Of a DNA stretch of 64,000 nucleotides, positions 43,944 to 53,189 are shown piece after piece. A program made the position numbers and the translations under genes. The number at the start of each line of letters is the position of its first letter. Position 1 is the stretch's first letter. Source of the DNA: Myxococcota bacterium (lineage in GTDB: Bacteria > Myxococcota_A > UBA9160 > JAFDDA01); the NCBI GenBank assembly GCA_965228475.1, contig OZ245817.1, forward strand, positions 1,888,001 to 1,952,000, given 5' to 3'. Under the pieces are notes generated by a model, which saw nothing but the letters and a program-made list of their open reading frames with translations, was not told the DNA's origin and searched no databases.

Positions 43944-45524
43944 CTATCGCAGGCGGCGCGCCTCATCGACCACGATGTTGTGGCGCTCGAGGATGGTTCC
44001 CTGGGCCCGTTCGAGCTCGACCACCGAGTCCCGGTAGGCCCGGAACGCGTTGATCTTCTGGCTCTCGGCCTCGACGAGGTCCCGCTCGCGCTGGAGCACG
44101 TCGAAGGGGGTGGATTCGCCCTGCTCGAGGCGGATGCTCTCGGCCCGGAACTGCTCCTCGGCGGCGAGCCGCCGCCGCTCGGCGGCCTGGATGCCCTCCC
44201 GCGAGCTCTGCAGCCCGCGCGCCGCCTCCCGGACCTCGAGGATGATGTCCTGGACCTGACGGGAGCGGGTCGTGCGCGCCCGGCGCAGCTCGATCTCGGC
44301 GCTGCGGCGCTTCGCCCGCGGGACGTGGTTCCCGAGCGGGATCGAGAAGACGCCGCCGACGCTCCAGTTCACCGCGCCGTCGTGGTCGAAGAAGTCCTCG
44401 GTGCTGTGCGAGAAGCTCGAGTGGATGTCCGGCGGCACGCCGCTGCAGAAGCTGAAGGTCCCGCCGCCGGCGGCGGCCGGGTCGCAGGGCTTTCCCGAGA
44501 GGCCCTGGTAGCCGTAGCTCGCCTTGAGGTCGACCTGGGGGGCGAGCTGGTTGCGCGAGGAGGCCAGCTGGATCTCCTGCTGCCGGATCTGCCGATCGAT
44601 GGACGAGAGCTCCGGGCGGCGCTCCATCGCCTTCTCCGTGGCCGCCTCGACGTCGACCTTCTGGCTCGTGTCGGAATCGGGGCGGTCGGTCGGGTTCACG
44701 CGCAGGGTCGAGCCCGCGGTGAGCTGCTCCCCGAAGACCTGGTCGACCAGACGGTCGCCCGTGTTCTCGAGGTTGTTGCGCGCGACGATCAGATCGACGT
44801 CGCGCTCGGCGACGCCGGCTTCGGCCTCGAAGACCTCGACCTTCGACACCACGCCGACGTCGTACTGCACCTTGGTCTGCTCGAGGAGCTCCTTGGCGGC
44901 CTCGAGGCTCTTCTTCGCGACGCGCTGCTGCTCGTCGGCGGCCACCAGCGCCCAGTAGGACTCCTCGACCCCGCGGACGATGTCCATCAGGGCCTGCTTG
45001 AACTGGTCGAGGGACTGCCGATAGAACTGCTTCGAGACCTTCACCTCGGTCCACGGTTCGTTCCAGTAGAGGTTCCGCAGCAGGGGCTGGCTGATCGAGA
45101 ACATCAGCGTGCTGTCCCACTGTTCGCGCAGGGTCGCGATCGAGCGGTTGGTCTTGGTGCGGTCTCCGCCGGCGCGGATCTCGTACTGGGTGCTCAGGAT
45201 CGGGACGACGCCGGACAGGGTGAACTGGTTGCTCCACACCTCGTCCTCCGTGCGGCTGGTCGCCTGGAGGGCGCTGGCGATGGGCGTCTCGGTGCTCGCG
45301 CGGGTGATCTCGAGCGTGGCGAGGGGGTCGTAGGCGCCCCACGCCGCCCGGTTGCGCTCCCAGGCGATCAGCGGGTCGTGCCGGGCGATCTCGACGTTCA
45401 GGTTGTTCTCGATCGCCATCGCGATGGCGTCGTCGAGGGACAGCGCCATCGGCGACTCGGCGGCAGCCGAACCGACCTGCATCGCGAGCAGCAGTGAGAG
45501 TACGAGCCAGACCTTCCGTGCCAT
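43944..45524 (-). CDS. TolC-family outer membrane protein
   Basis: Signal peptide, LSLDDAIAMAIENN, ISQPLLRN, VEESYWAL, AMERRPEL, FSIPLGN, STPFDVLQ. SD GGAGG. Confidence 0.9.
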   Translation of the reverse strand: MARKVWLVLSLLLAMQVGSAAAESPMALSLDDAIAMAIENNLNVEIARHDPLIAWERNRAAWGAYDPLATLEITRASTETPIASALQATSRTEDEVWSNQFTLSGVVPILSTQYEIRAGGDRTKTNRSIATLREQWDSTLMFSISQPLLRNLYWNEPWTEVKVSKQFYRQSLDQFKQALMDIVRGVEESYWALVAADEQQRVAKKSLEAAKELLEQTKVQYDVGVVSKVEVFEAEAGVAERDVDLIVARNNLENTGDRLVDQVFGEQLTAGSTLRVNPTDRPDSDTSQKVDVEAATEKAMERRPELSSIDRQIRQQEIQLASSRNQLAPQVDLKASYGYQGLSGKPCDPAAAGGGTFSFCSGVPPDIHSSFSHSTEDFFDHDGAVNWSVGGVFSIPLGNHVPRAKRRSAEIELRRARTTRSRQVQDIILEVREAARGLQSSREGIQAAERRRLAAEEQFRAESIRLEQGESTPFDVLQRERDLVEAESQKINAFRAYRDSVVELERAQGTILERHNIVVDEARRLR

Positions 45525-45608
45525 CGGGTCACCTCCGCGGCCGACGTTAGCAGCCCGGGGTCCCGCAGGGACCGGCTCCACCGGACGGATCGGCTACCCT
45601 CGGGCGCC

Positions 45609-46310
45609 ATGTCCGTCGCTGCACTCGTTCTCGCCGCAGGACGCGGCGAGCGCTTCGGGGGCGACGTTCCCAAGGGTCTCGTCACGCTCGCGGGGCGCAC
45701 GCTGCTCTCGCACTCGGTCCGGGCCCTGGCGGCGTCTCCGGAGATCGACTGCGTCATCCCCGTGGTGCCGAGCCTGGCTGCACCCTGGGAGGCGTGTCTC
45801 GCCGAGATCGCCGACATCGGGAAGGTCGAGCCGCCCGTCCTCGGCGGCGAGGAGCGTCAGGACTCGATGCGGGCGGGACTTGCTGCCACGCCCGGGGGGA
45901 CCGAGTTCGTCGCCGTCCACGACGCCGCCCGCCCGTTGATCCGGCAGGAACGGATCGATGCGGTCGTACGCACCGCGCGCGAGCACGGCGCGGCCGTCCT
46001 GACCGTTCCCGTCCGCGACACCCTGAAGCGGATGGCCGGCGACCGCATCGGGGAAACGCCGGACCGCACCGCCTACCACCAGGCCCAGACGCCCCAGGTC
46101 TTCCGCATCGACTGGCTGCGCGAGGGCCTCGCCAAGGCCCAGGCCGAGGGGCGGCATGCCACGGACGATTCGGCGCTGGTGGAGGCCCTGGGCCTCGAGG
46201 TGCGGGCCGTGCCCGGAGACGTCGAAAACGTGAAGATCACGGTGCCCTCGGACCTCGCCGCCGCGGAAGCGTGGCTGGCCCGGCGGCGTCCAGAATGGGA
46301 GGTCGAGTGA
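45609..46310 (+). CDS. ispD: 2-C-methyl-D-erythritol 4-phosphate cytidylyltransferase
   Basis: LAAGRGERFG, GGEERQDS, VHDAARP, QTPQVF, TDDSALVE, NVKITVPSD. Confidence 0.95.
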   Translation: MSVAALVLAAGRGERFGGDVPKGLVTLAGRTLLSHSVRALAASPEIDCVIPVVPSLAAPWEACLAEIADIGKVEPPVLGGEERQDSMRAGLAATPGGTEFVAVHDAARPLIRQERIDAVVRTAREHGAAVLTVPVRDTLKRMAGDRIGETPDRTAYHQAQTPQVFRIDWLREGLAKAQAEGRHATDDSALVEALGLEVRAVPGDVENVKITVPSDLAAAEAWLARRRPEWEVE

Positions 46311-46789
46311 GCGTTCGCGTGGGACAGGGCTTCGACGCCCACGAGCTCGTCGCGGGTCGTCCGCTCCGCCTCGGAGGGGTCACGGTGCCCTACGAGCGCG
46401 GGCTCGAGGGCCACTCGGATGGCGACGTGCTGCTCCACGCGGTGGCGAACGCGCTGCTCGGGGCGCTCGGCGAGGGCGATCTCGGGCGCCACTTTCCTTC
46501 GTCGGACCCGGAGCTCGCCGGCATCGACAGCCGCGACATCCTCGCTCGCGTGATGGCGATGGCCCGGAAGGCGGAACTCCGCATCGCCAACCTCGACACG
46601 ACGGTGATCGCCCAGCAGCCGCGGCTCGAAGGCTACGTCGGGGCCATGCAGGAGAGCGTGGCCAAGGTGCTCGATGCACCGGTGGAGCGCGTCAACGTGA
46701 AGGTGACGAGCACGGATCGCCTGGGTGCGATCGGGCGGGCCGAGGGCATCGCGGCCCTCGCCGTGGTGCTGCTCGAGGGCGGCTCGTGA
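46307..46789 (+). CDS. ispF: 2-C-methyl-D-erythritol 2,4-cyclodiphosphate synthase
   Basis: RVGQGFDAH, GHSDGDVLLHA, GDLGRHFP, GRAEGIAA. Confidence 0.95.
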   Translation: MSVRVGQGFDAHELVAGRPLRLGGVTVPYERGLEGHSDGDVLLHAVANALLGALGEGDLGRHFPSSDPELAGIDSRDILARVMAMARKAELRIANLDTTVIAQQPRLEGYVGAMQESVAKVLDAPVERVNVKVTSTDRLGAIGRAEGIAALAVVLLEGGS

Positions 46790-48192
46790 CGCTTGAGCTC
46801 TACAACACACGCACGCGGCGCAAGGAAACCTTCGTGCCGCTCGAGCCCGGCCACGCTCGGGTCTACACCTGTGGCCCGACCGTCTACGCGCCCCAGCACG
46901 TCGGGAACATGCGGTCGCAGCTCTTTGCCGACACGTTGAAGCGGGCCCTTCTCGGGGAGGGCCTGCGCGTCACCCACGTGATCAATCTGACCGACGTCGG
47001 GCACCTGACCCAGGACGACGTCGATCAGGGCGAAGACAAGATGGAGGCCGCGGCCGCGAAGAGCGGCCGGACGGCCGCAGAGGTCGCCGCCGAGTACACC
47101 GAGCAGTGGCGGGTGGATCGCGAGCGGCTCGGCTGTCTCCCCCCGGAGGTGCTCTGCAAGGCCACCGATCACATTCCCGAGCAGCTCGAGCTCATCCGCA
47201 CCCTCGAGGAACGTGGCTACAGCTACGTGATCGCGGACGGCGTGTACTTCGATACCTCGAAGTTTCCTCGCTACGCCGAGTTCGCACGCCTCGATCTGGC
47301 AGGAGAAGCCGAAGGCGGGCGCATCGCGGCCGTGGAAGGGAAGCGGAACCCGAGCGATTTCGCGCTCTGGAAGTTCGCGGCGCCCGACGTGCAGCGGCAG
47401 CAGGAGTGGGACTCGCCCTGGGGGCGCGGTTTCCCGGGCTGGCACATCGAGTGCTCCGCGATGAGCCGCCGCTACCTGGGGGACCACTTCGACATCCACA
47501 CGGGCGGGATCGACCACGTGAAGGTCCACCACACGAACGAGATCGCCCAGAGCGAATGCGCCTTCGCCGACCCGCCCTGGGTCAACGTGTGGATGCACAA
47601 CGAGTTCCTGACGCTCGGCGACGACAAGATCTCGAAGTCCAAGGGCCACGTGCTGGTCGTGCAGGACCTGGTCGACGAGGGCATCGAGCCGTTGGCGTTC
47701 CGCTACTTCACGCTTCAGGCGCACTTCCGGCAGCAGCAGGCCTTCACGATCGAGGCCGTCCAGGCGGCGGCGACCGGCTACCGGCGGCTGCTGGCCCAGG
47801 CGGCGGAGCTGCGGGACGCGCCGGGGTCGCCCGACGACGCGCGTCTGGCTCCCTTCCAGGAACGCTTCCGCGCGGCCATCGGCGACGACCTGAACACGCC
47901 GCGAGCCCTGGCCGTGGTGTTCGACGTCCTGCGCTCGGAAGCGCTCGAGCCCGCCGACCGCCGGACCCTGCTCGCCGAGTTCGATGCCTGGCTCGGGCTC
48001 GGGTTGGCGGAGGCCGAGGTCGCCCCGGCCGCCCAGGAGTCGGACCCGCGCATCGACGGCCTCGTCGCCGAGCGCGAAGCGGCCCGCAAGGCGCGCGACT
48101 TCGCCCGGGCCGATGCCGTGCGCGACGAACTCGCCGCCGAGGGCATCACGATCGAGGATACGCCGGAGGGGCCGCGCTGGAGGCGCGGATGA
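46786..48192 (+). CDS. cysS: Cysteine--tRNA ligase
   Basis: [65 protein letters not shown]. Confidence 0.96.
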   Translation: MTLELYNTRTRRKETFVPLEPGHARVYTCGPTVYAPQHVGNMRSQLFADTLKRALLGEGLRVTHVINLTDVGHLTQDDVDQGEDKMEAAAAKSGRTAAEVAAEYTEQWRVDRERLGCLPPEVLCKATDHIPEQLELIRTLEERGYSYVIADGVYFDTSKFPRYAEFARLDLAGEAEGGRIAAVEGKRNPSDFALWKFAAPDVQRQQEWDSPWGRGFPGWHIECSAMSRRYLGDHFDIHTGGIDHVKVHHTNEIAQSECAFADPPWVNVWMHNEFLTLGDDKISKSKGHVLVVQDLVDEGIEPLAFRYFTLQAHFRQQQAFTIEAVQAAATGYRRLLAQAAELRDAPGSPDDARLAPFQERFRAAIGDDLNTPRALAVVFDVLRSEALEPADRRTLLAEFDAWLGLGLAEAEVAPAAQESDPRIDGLVAEREAARKARDFARADAVRDELAAEGITIEDTPEGPRWRRG

Positions 48193-50195
48193 GCGAAACC
48201 GAGGAGCGCTTCCGCCTGGTCTCGGAGTTCACCCCGCAGGGCGACCAGCCCGCGGCGATCGACGCCCTGTGCGAGGGGCTCGAGCGCGGCGACCCGCACC
48301 AGACCCTGCTCGGCGTGACCGGCAGCGGCAAGACCTTCACCGTGGCCTGCGTGGTCGAACGGTTGAACCGGCCCGCCCTGGTGATGTCGCCGAACAAGAC
48401 CCTCGCCGCCCAGCTCTACGAGGAGTTCCGCCAGCTCTTCCCCGACAACGCCGTCGAGTACTTCGTCTCGTACTACGACTACTACCAGCCCGAGGCCTAC
48501 ATCCCGTCCTCGGACACCTACATCGAGAAGGACTCGTCGGTGAACGACGAGATCGACAAGCTCCGGCACTCGGCCACGCACTCGCTCCTGACGCGCAAGG
48601 ACGTGCTGGTCGTGGCGAGCGTGTCCTCGATCTACGGCCTCGGCGCCCCGGCCACCTACGGCGAGATGCATGCCTACGTCGAGACCGGGATGACCCTCGA
48701 CCGCGACAAGCTCCTGCGCCGGCTCGTCGACATGCTCTACGAGCGCAACGACCACGACTTCCACCGCGGTACGTTCCGCGTGCGCGGCGACGTGGTCGAG
48801 ATCTTTCCGCAGTACGAGGCGGAGCAGGCGGTCCGGGTCGAGTTCTTCGGCGACGAGGTGGAGTCGATCGCGGAGATCGACCCGCTCCGCGGCAAGGTCC
48901 TGCGCAAGGCAAAGCGGGCGATGATCTACCCCGCGAGCCACTACGTCGCGACCCAGGCGATCCTCGACCGCGCGGTTTCGGGGATCCGCCAGGAGCTCGA
49001 CGAGCGGCTGGTCGAGCTGCGCGCCGAGCAAAAGCTGCTCGAGGCCCAGCGGCTCGAGCAGCGCACGATGTTCGACGTCGAGATGCTGAAGGAGATGGGC
49101 TTCTGTCACGGCGTCGAGAACTACTCGCGCTGGCTCGACGGCCGCGAACCCGGCCAGAAGCCGTACACGCTGTACGACTACCTCCCTGAAGGCACCATGG
49201 TGTTCCTCGACGAGAGCCACATCTCCGTGCCCCAGATCGGGGGCATGTACCGTGGGGATCGCGCCCGCAAGGAGACGCTCGTCGACTACGGCTTCCGGCT
49301 CCCCTCGGCGCTCGACAACCGGCCGCTGCGCTTCGACGAGTGGGAGGGCATCCCGAAGCAGTGCGTGCACGTCTCGGCGACGCCCGCGGACTACGAGCTC
49401 GAGAAGTCCCAGGGCGTGGTGGTCGAGCAGATCATCCGCCCCACCGGCCTGATGGACCCGGAGATCGAGATCCGCCCCGCGGCCGGCCAGGTCGACGACC
49501 TGCTCGGCGAGATCCGCGCCCGCACCGAGGCGGGGGAGCGCGTTCTCGTGACGACCCTGACCAAGCGCATGGCCGAGGAGCTGACGGACTACTACGGCGA
49601 ACTCGGTGTTCGGATCCGCTACCTGCACAGCGAGGTGCAGACCATCGAGCGCACCGAGATCATCCGGGAGCTGCGCGAGGGCAAGTTCGACGTCCTGGTC
49701 GGCATCAACCTGCTGCGCGAAGGGCTCGACATCCCCGAGGTCTCCCTCGTGGCGATCCTCGATGCCGACAAGGAGGGCTTCCTGCGCTCGACGCGCTCGC
49801 TCATCCAGACGATCGGCCGGGCCGCCCGGAACGTGAACGGCCGCGTGGTGCTCTACGCCGACAAGCGGACGGATTCGATTCGCGAGACCCTTGCGGAGAC
49901 GGAGCGCCGGCGGGCCGCCCAGCAGGCCTACAACACCGAGCACGGCATCACGCCGAAGTCCGTGGTGAAACGCATCTCGAGCCTGCGCGATTCGATCTGG
50001 GAGCGGGACTACTCGACGGTGAAGGCGGGCCCCGAGCGGCCCGAGCCCGAGATCCCGACCCACGAGCTTCCGGAGCTGATCGACGCCCTCCGCAAGGAGA
50101 TGAAGGTGGCGGCCGAGGCGCTCGACTTCGAGCGGGCCGCTTCGCTGCGGGACCGCATCCAGGCGCTCGAGGCGGAGCGCCTGCGGGAATCCTGA
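48189..50195 (+). CDS. uvrB: Excinuclease ABC subunit B
   Basis: [72 protein letters not shown]-terminal UVR domain. Confidence 0.98.
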   Translation: MSETEERFRLVSEFTPQGDQPAAIDALCEGLERGDPHQTLLGVTGSGKTFTVACVVERLNRPALVMSPNKTLAAQLYEEFRQLFPDNAVEYFVSYYDYYQPEAYIPSSDTYIEKDSSVNDEIDKLRHSATHSLLTRKDVLVVASVSSIYGLGAPATYGEMHAYVETGMTLDRDKLLRRLVDMLYERNDHDFHRGTFRVRGDVVEIFPQYEAEQAVRVEFFGDEVESIAEIDPLRGKVLRKAKRAMIYPASHYVATQAILDRAVSGIRQELDERLVELRAEQKLLEAQRLEQRTMFDVEMLKEMGFCHGVENYSRWLDGREPGQKPYTLYDYLPEGTMVFLDESHISVPQIGGMYRGDRARKETLVDYGFRLPSALDNRPLRFDEWEGIPKQCVHVSATPADYELEKSQGVVVEQIIRPTGLMDPEIEIRPAAGQVDDLLGEIRARTEAGERVLVTTLTKRMAEELTDYYGELGVRIRYLHSEVQTIERTEIIRELREGKFDVLVGINLLREGLDIPEVSLVAILDADKEGFLRSTRSLIQTIGRAARNVNGRVVLYADKRTDSIRETLAETERRRAAQQAYNTEHGITPKSVVKRISSLRDSIWERDYSTVKAGPERPEPEIPTHELPELIDALRKEMKVAAEALDFERAASLRDRIQALEAERLRES

Positions 50196-50211
50196 TGCGC
50201 GAGGCGCGGCG

Positions 50212-52149
50212 ATGAAGCTCGCGGAGCGCGTCGCGACCCTGCCCACGGACCCGGGCGTCTACCTCTTCAAGAGCGGTCGGGGCCGCGTGCTCTACGTCGG
50301 CAAGGCGCAGAGCCTCCGCCAGCGTGTGCGCTCGTATCTCTCGCCCGGCGCCGACGGCCGCCTGCGCATGCCGGCGATGGTCGAGCGCGCCGCGGACGTG
50401 GACGTGCTCGTCACGGGGAACGTCAAGGATGCGCTGCTCCTCGAAAACGAGCTGATCAAGCAGCACAAGCCACCCTTCAACGTCCGCCTGCGCGACGACA
50501 AGCAGTACCTCGCTCTGCGTCTCGATCCGAGCGAGACCTGGCCGCGCTTGACCCAGGTGCGGCGCTTCGGCCGCGACGGCGCCTGGTACTTCGGCCCCTA
50601 CACCTCGAGCCAGGCCATGCGCGAAGCGGTCTCGAACCTGCGACGGATCTTTCCCCTGCGTTCGTGCAGCGACGCGGTCTTCCGCGACTACCAGCGCCGC
50701 GGCCGGCCCTGCCTCGAGTTCGAGATGAACCGCTGCCTCGGGCCGTGCTGCGACCGCGTCGACGAGGCGACCTACGCCGACCTGGTGCAGGGGACCGCGC
50801 TCTTCCTCCGGGGCCGCTCGGACGACCTGCGCAAGGACCTCGAGGCGCGCATGCAGAAGGCGGCCGAGGAGGAGCGCTTCGAGGAGGCGGCGCGCATCCG
50901 GGACCGGCTGACCGCCGTCGAGCGGACCGTCGAGCGCCAGCGCATCGTGACCGAGCGCCCGGTGGACCGCGACGTGTTCGGGCTCGCCCGGGATGGCGGC
51001 GAGGTCGAGATCCAGGCGCTCTTCGTGCGCGAGGGCCGCGTCGTCGGAAGCTCGGGCTACGCCTTCTCGGAGGTGCGGCTCGAAGAGGGCGAGGTGCTCG
51101 AATCCTTCCTCGCCCAGTTCTACGGCAGCGGCGACCGCCATCCCGTTCCGGACGAGGTGTTGACCGACCGCCCGGTGCCCGAGGCCGAAGCCCTCGATGC
51201 GCTGCTCGCCGAGCGGGCCGACCACCGCGTGCCCGTCCGCACGCCCCAGCGCGGGGACCTCCGGAAGCTGGTCGAGATGGCCTCGCACAACGCCGAGCTC
51301 GGCCTGACCCGGCGGCTCCAGGAACGCGAGAGCCTCGATACCGCCCTCGACGAGCTCTGCGCGCGGCTCGGCCTCGAGACGCGCCCCCACCGGATCGAGT
51401 GCTACGACGTCTCGAACCTCCAGGGAAGCTTCGCCGTGGCGAGCCGGGTGTGCTTCGAGGACGGCCAGCCCGTGAAGGCGGACTACCGCCGCTACCGGAT
51501 CCACGACGCCCGCGGCGGGGACGACTACGACTGCCTGCGGGAGGTCGTCACGCGCCGTCTGGCGCGAGTCGAGCGCGAGCCGTTGCCGGACCTGCTCATG
51601 GTGGACGGCGGGAAGGGGCAGCTCGGCGTCGTGACCGCGGCCCTCGCCGACGCCGAACTCTCGGTCGAGACGGTCGGCATCGCCAAGGAGCGGGACGACG
51701 AGAGCGCGGGCCCGCGCGTGCGCCGCTCGGGCGGGCTCAAGGCCGAGCGGCTCTTCCGGCCGGGCCGGAAGGACGCCGTGCTGCTGCCCCCGTCCTCGCG
51801 CGGTCTGCTCCTGCTGCAGCGCGTGCGCGACGAGTCCCACCGCTTCGCGATCGAGTACCAGCGCTCCCTGCGCCGGCGCATGACCCTGACCTCGATCCTC
51901 GAAGCGCTCCCCGGCATCGGCCCGGGCAAGCGGCGGACCCTGCTGCGCGAACTCGGCAGCCTTTCGGCGGTCCGCTCCGCGGAGGTCGAGACCCTGGCGG
52001 CCCTGCCGGGCATCTCCGAAGCCGACGCCGTCATGCTCCACCGTTTCTTCCGGGAGGCGGATCCCGCCGCGGCAGCGGAGGAGGGCGCGCTCGGGTCTCC
52101 GGAGACTCCGGCAGGCGAGGCGCAGGGGGAGGGCAGCTCCTCCGCCTGA
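50212..52149 (+). CDS. uvrC: Excinuclease ABC subunit C
   Basis: PGVYLF..LYVGKA..LRQRVRSY (GIY-YIG), RIECYDVSN, PDLLMVDGGKGQL, QRVRDESHRFAI, HhH LPGIGPGK. Confidence 0.97.
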   Translation: MKLAERVATLPTDPGVYLFKSGRGRVLYVGKAQSLRQRVRSYLSPGADGRLRMPAMVERAADVDVLVTGNVKDALLLENELIKQHKPPFNVRLRDDKQYLALRLDPSETWPRLTQVRRFGRDGAWYFGPYTSSQAMREAVSNLRRIFPLRSCSDAVFRDYQRRGRPCLEFEMNRCLGPCCDRVDEATYADLVQGTALFLRGRSDDLRKDLEARMQKAAEEERFEEAARIRDRLTAVERTVERQRIVTERPVDRDVFGLARDGGEVEIQALFVREGRVVGSSGYAFSEVRLEEGEVLESFLAQFYGSGDRHPVPDEVLTDRPVPEAEALDALLAERADHRVPVRTPQRGDLRKLVEMASHNAELGLTRRLQERESLDTALDELCARLGLETRPHRIECYDVSNLQGSFAVASRVCFEDGQPVKADYRRYRIHDARGGDDYDCLREVVTRRLARVEREPLPDLLMVDGGKGQLGVVTAALADAELSVETVGIAKERDDESAGPRVRRSGGLKAERLFRPGRKDAVLLPPSSRGLLLLQRVRDESHRFAIEYQRSLRRRMTLTSILEALPGIGPGKRRTLLRELGSLSAVRSAEVETLAALPGISEADAVMLHRFFREADPAAAAEEGALGSPETPAGEAQGEGSSSA

Positions 52150-52210
52150 ATCCCGCCCGGTGCAGCCGGCGAGCGTCAAGCCTGCCGCTGGGGTTTCCGA
52201 TGAGTCCGGG

Positions 52211-53125
52211 ATGCGTCCTTCGACCGATTCGCCGCGCAGGGCCCTCGGCTGGCTCGCTCGGCTCCTGCTCGCGGCTCCGCTGCTCGTGCTGGCGCTGCCC
52301 GCGGCCGCGCCCGCCGAGATCTACAAGTGGGTCGATGCGGAGGGGAGGCTCCACTACACGACGGACCTCTCGAAGGTGCCGGCCCGCCAGCGCCTGCGCT
52401 CCGAGCAGGGGGCCCGGGAGCGCGAGGCTTCGGACGCGGTCCAGCGCACGACGAGCCGCCCGCGGCCGGCGCCGGCGCGGCGCGCCTCCTCCTACGGACG
52501 CACGAGCCAGGCCGAGAAGAAGACCTACACGATCCGCATTCCCCCCGGCGGGCGGAACCTCCCGGTGATGGTGGAGCTCAACGATTCGGTCGTGGCGCCC
52601 TTCATCATCGACACCGGGGCGACCCACGTGGCGGTGCCGCGCAAGTTCGTCGAGGAGCTCGGGATCGAGACCGACGAGAACACACCCACCCAGACCTACC
52701 ACACCGCGAACGGCGTGATCGAATCCCAGCTCGTCACCCTCGACTCCGTCTCCATCGGTGGCGCTCGCGTCGAGGACGTCCAGGCGAGCGTCAGCGACTC
52801 CCTGCCGATTGGTCTGCTCGGGCTCTCCTACTTCAACCACTTCGAGTACCGCGTCGACAGCGCGCGCGGGCTCGTCCATCTGACGCCCATCGATCAGGGC
52901 GGCGACGCCGTTCGCGGCGGACGCACCGAGGCCCAGTGGCGCGGCCTGTTCGCGAACCTCCGCAAGCAGCTGCAGTCGATCCAGGAAGAGATCGAGCGCA
53001 CGCCGGCGAGCCGCTCGCGAAAGCTCGCGCGCCTCGGCTCTCAGCGCGCGAGCACCCTCGAGCGCCTGGCGGAGGCCGAGGCCGAGGCGGACCACACGAA
53101 GGTCCCCTTCGCCTGGCGGCGGTGA
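52211..53125 (+). CDS. Secreted DUF4124 + retropepsin-like (clan AA) aspartic protease + coiled-coil protein
   Basis: Signal peptide, EIYKWVDAEGRLHYT (DUF4124), FIIDTGAT catalytic motif, HTANG, GLLGLSY, C-terminal coiled coil ending VPFAWRR. Confidence 0.82.
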   Translation: MRPSTDSPRRALGWLARLLLAAPLLVLALPAAAPAEIYKWVDAEGRLHYTTDLSKVPARQRLRSEQGAREREASDAVQRTTSRPRPAPARRASSYGRTSQAEKKTYTIRIPPGGRNLPVMVELNDSVVAPFIIDTGATHVAVPRKFVEELGIETDENTPTQTYHTANGVIESQLVTLDSVSIGGARVEDVQASVSDSLPIGLLGLSYFNHFEYRVDSARGLVHLTPIDQGGDAVRGGRTEAQWRGLFANLRKQLQSIQEEIERTPASRSRKLARLGSQRASTLERLAEAEAEADHTKVPFAWRR

Positions 53126-53189
53126 ACGCCGCGGCGCCCGCTTCGCCGGCCTCTGCTAGCTTCGCCGGCCCCGGTCCCGGGGTCGTTCC

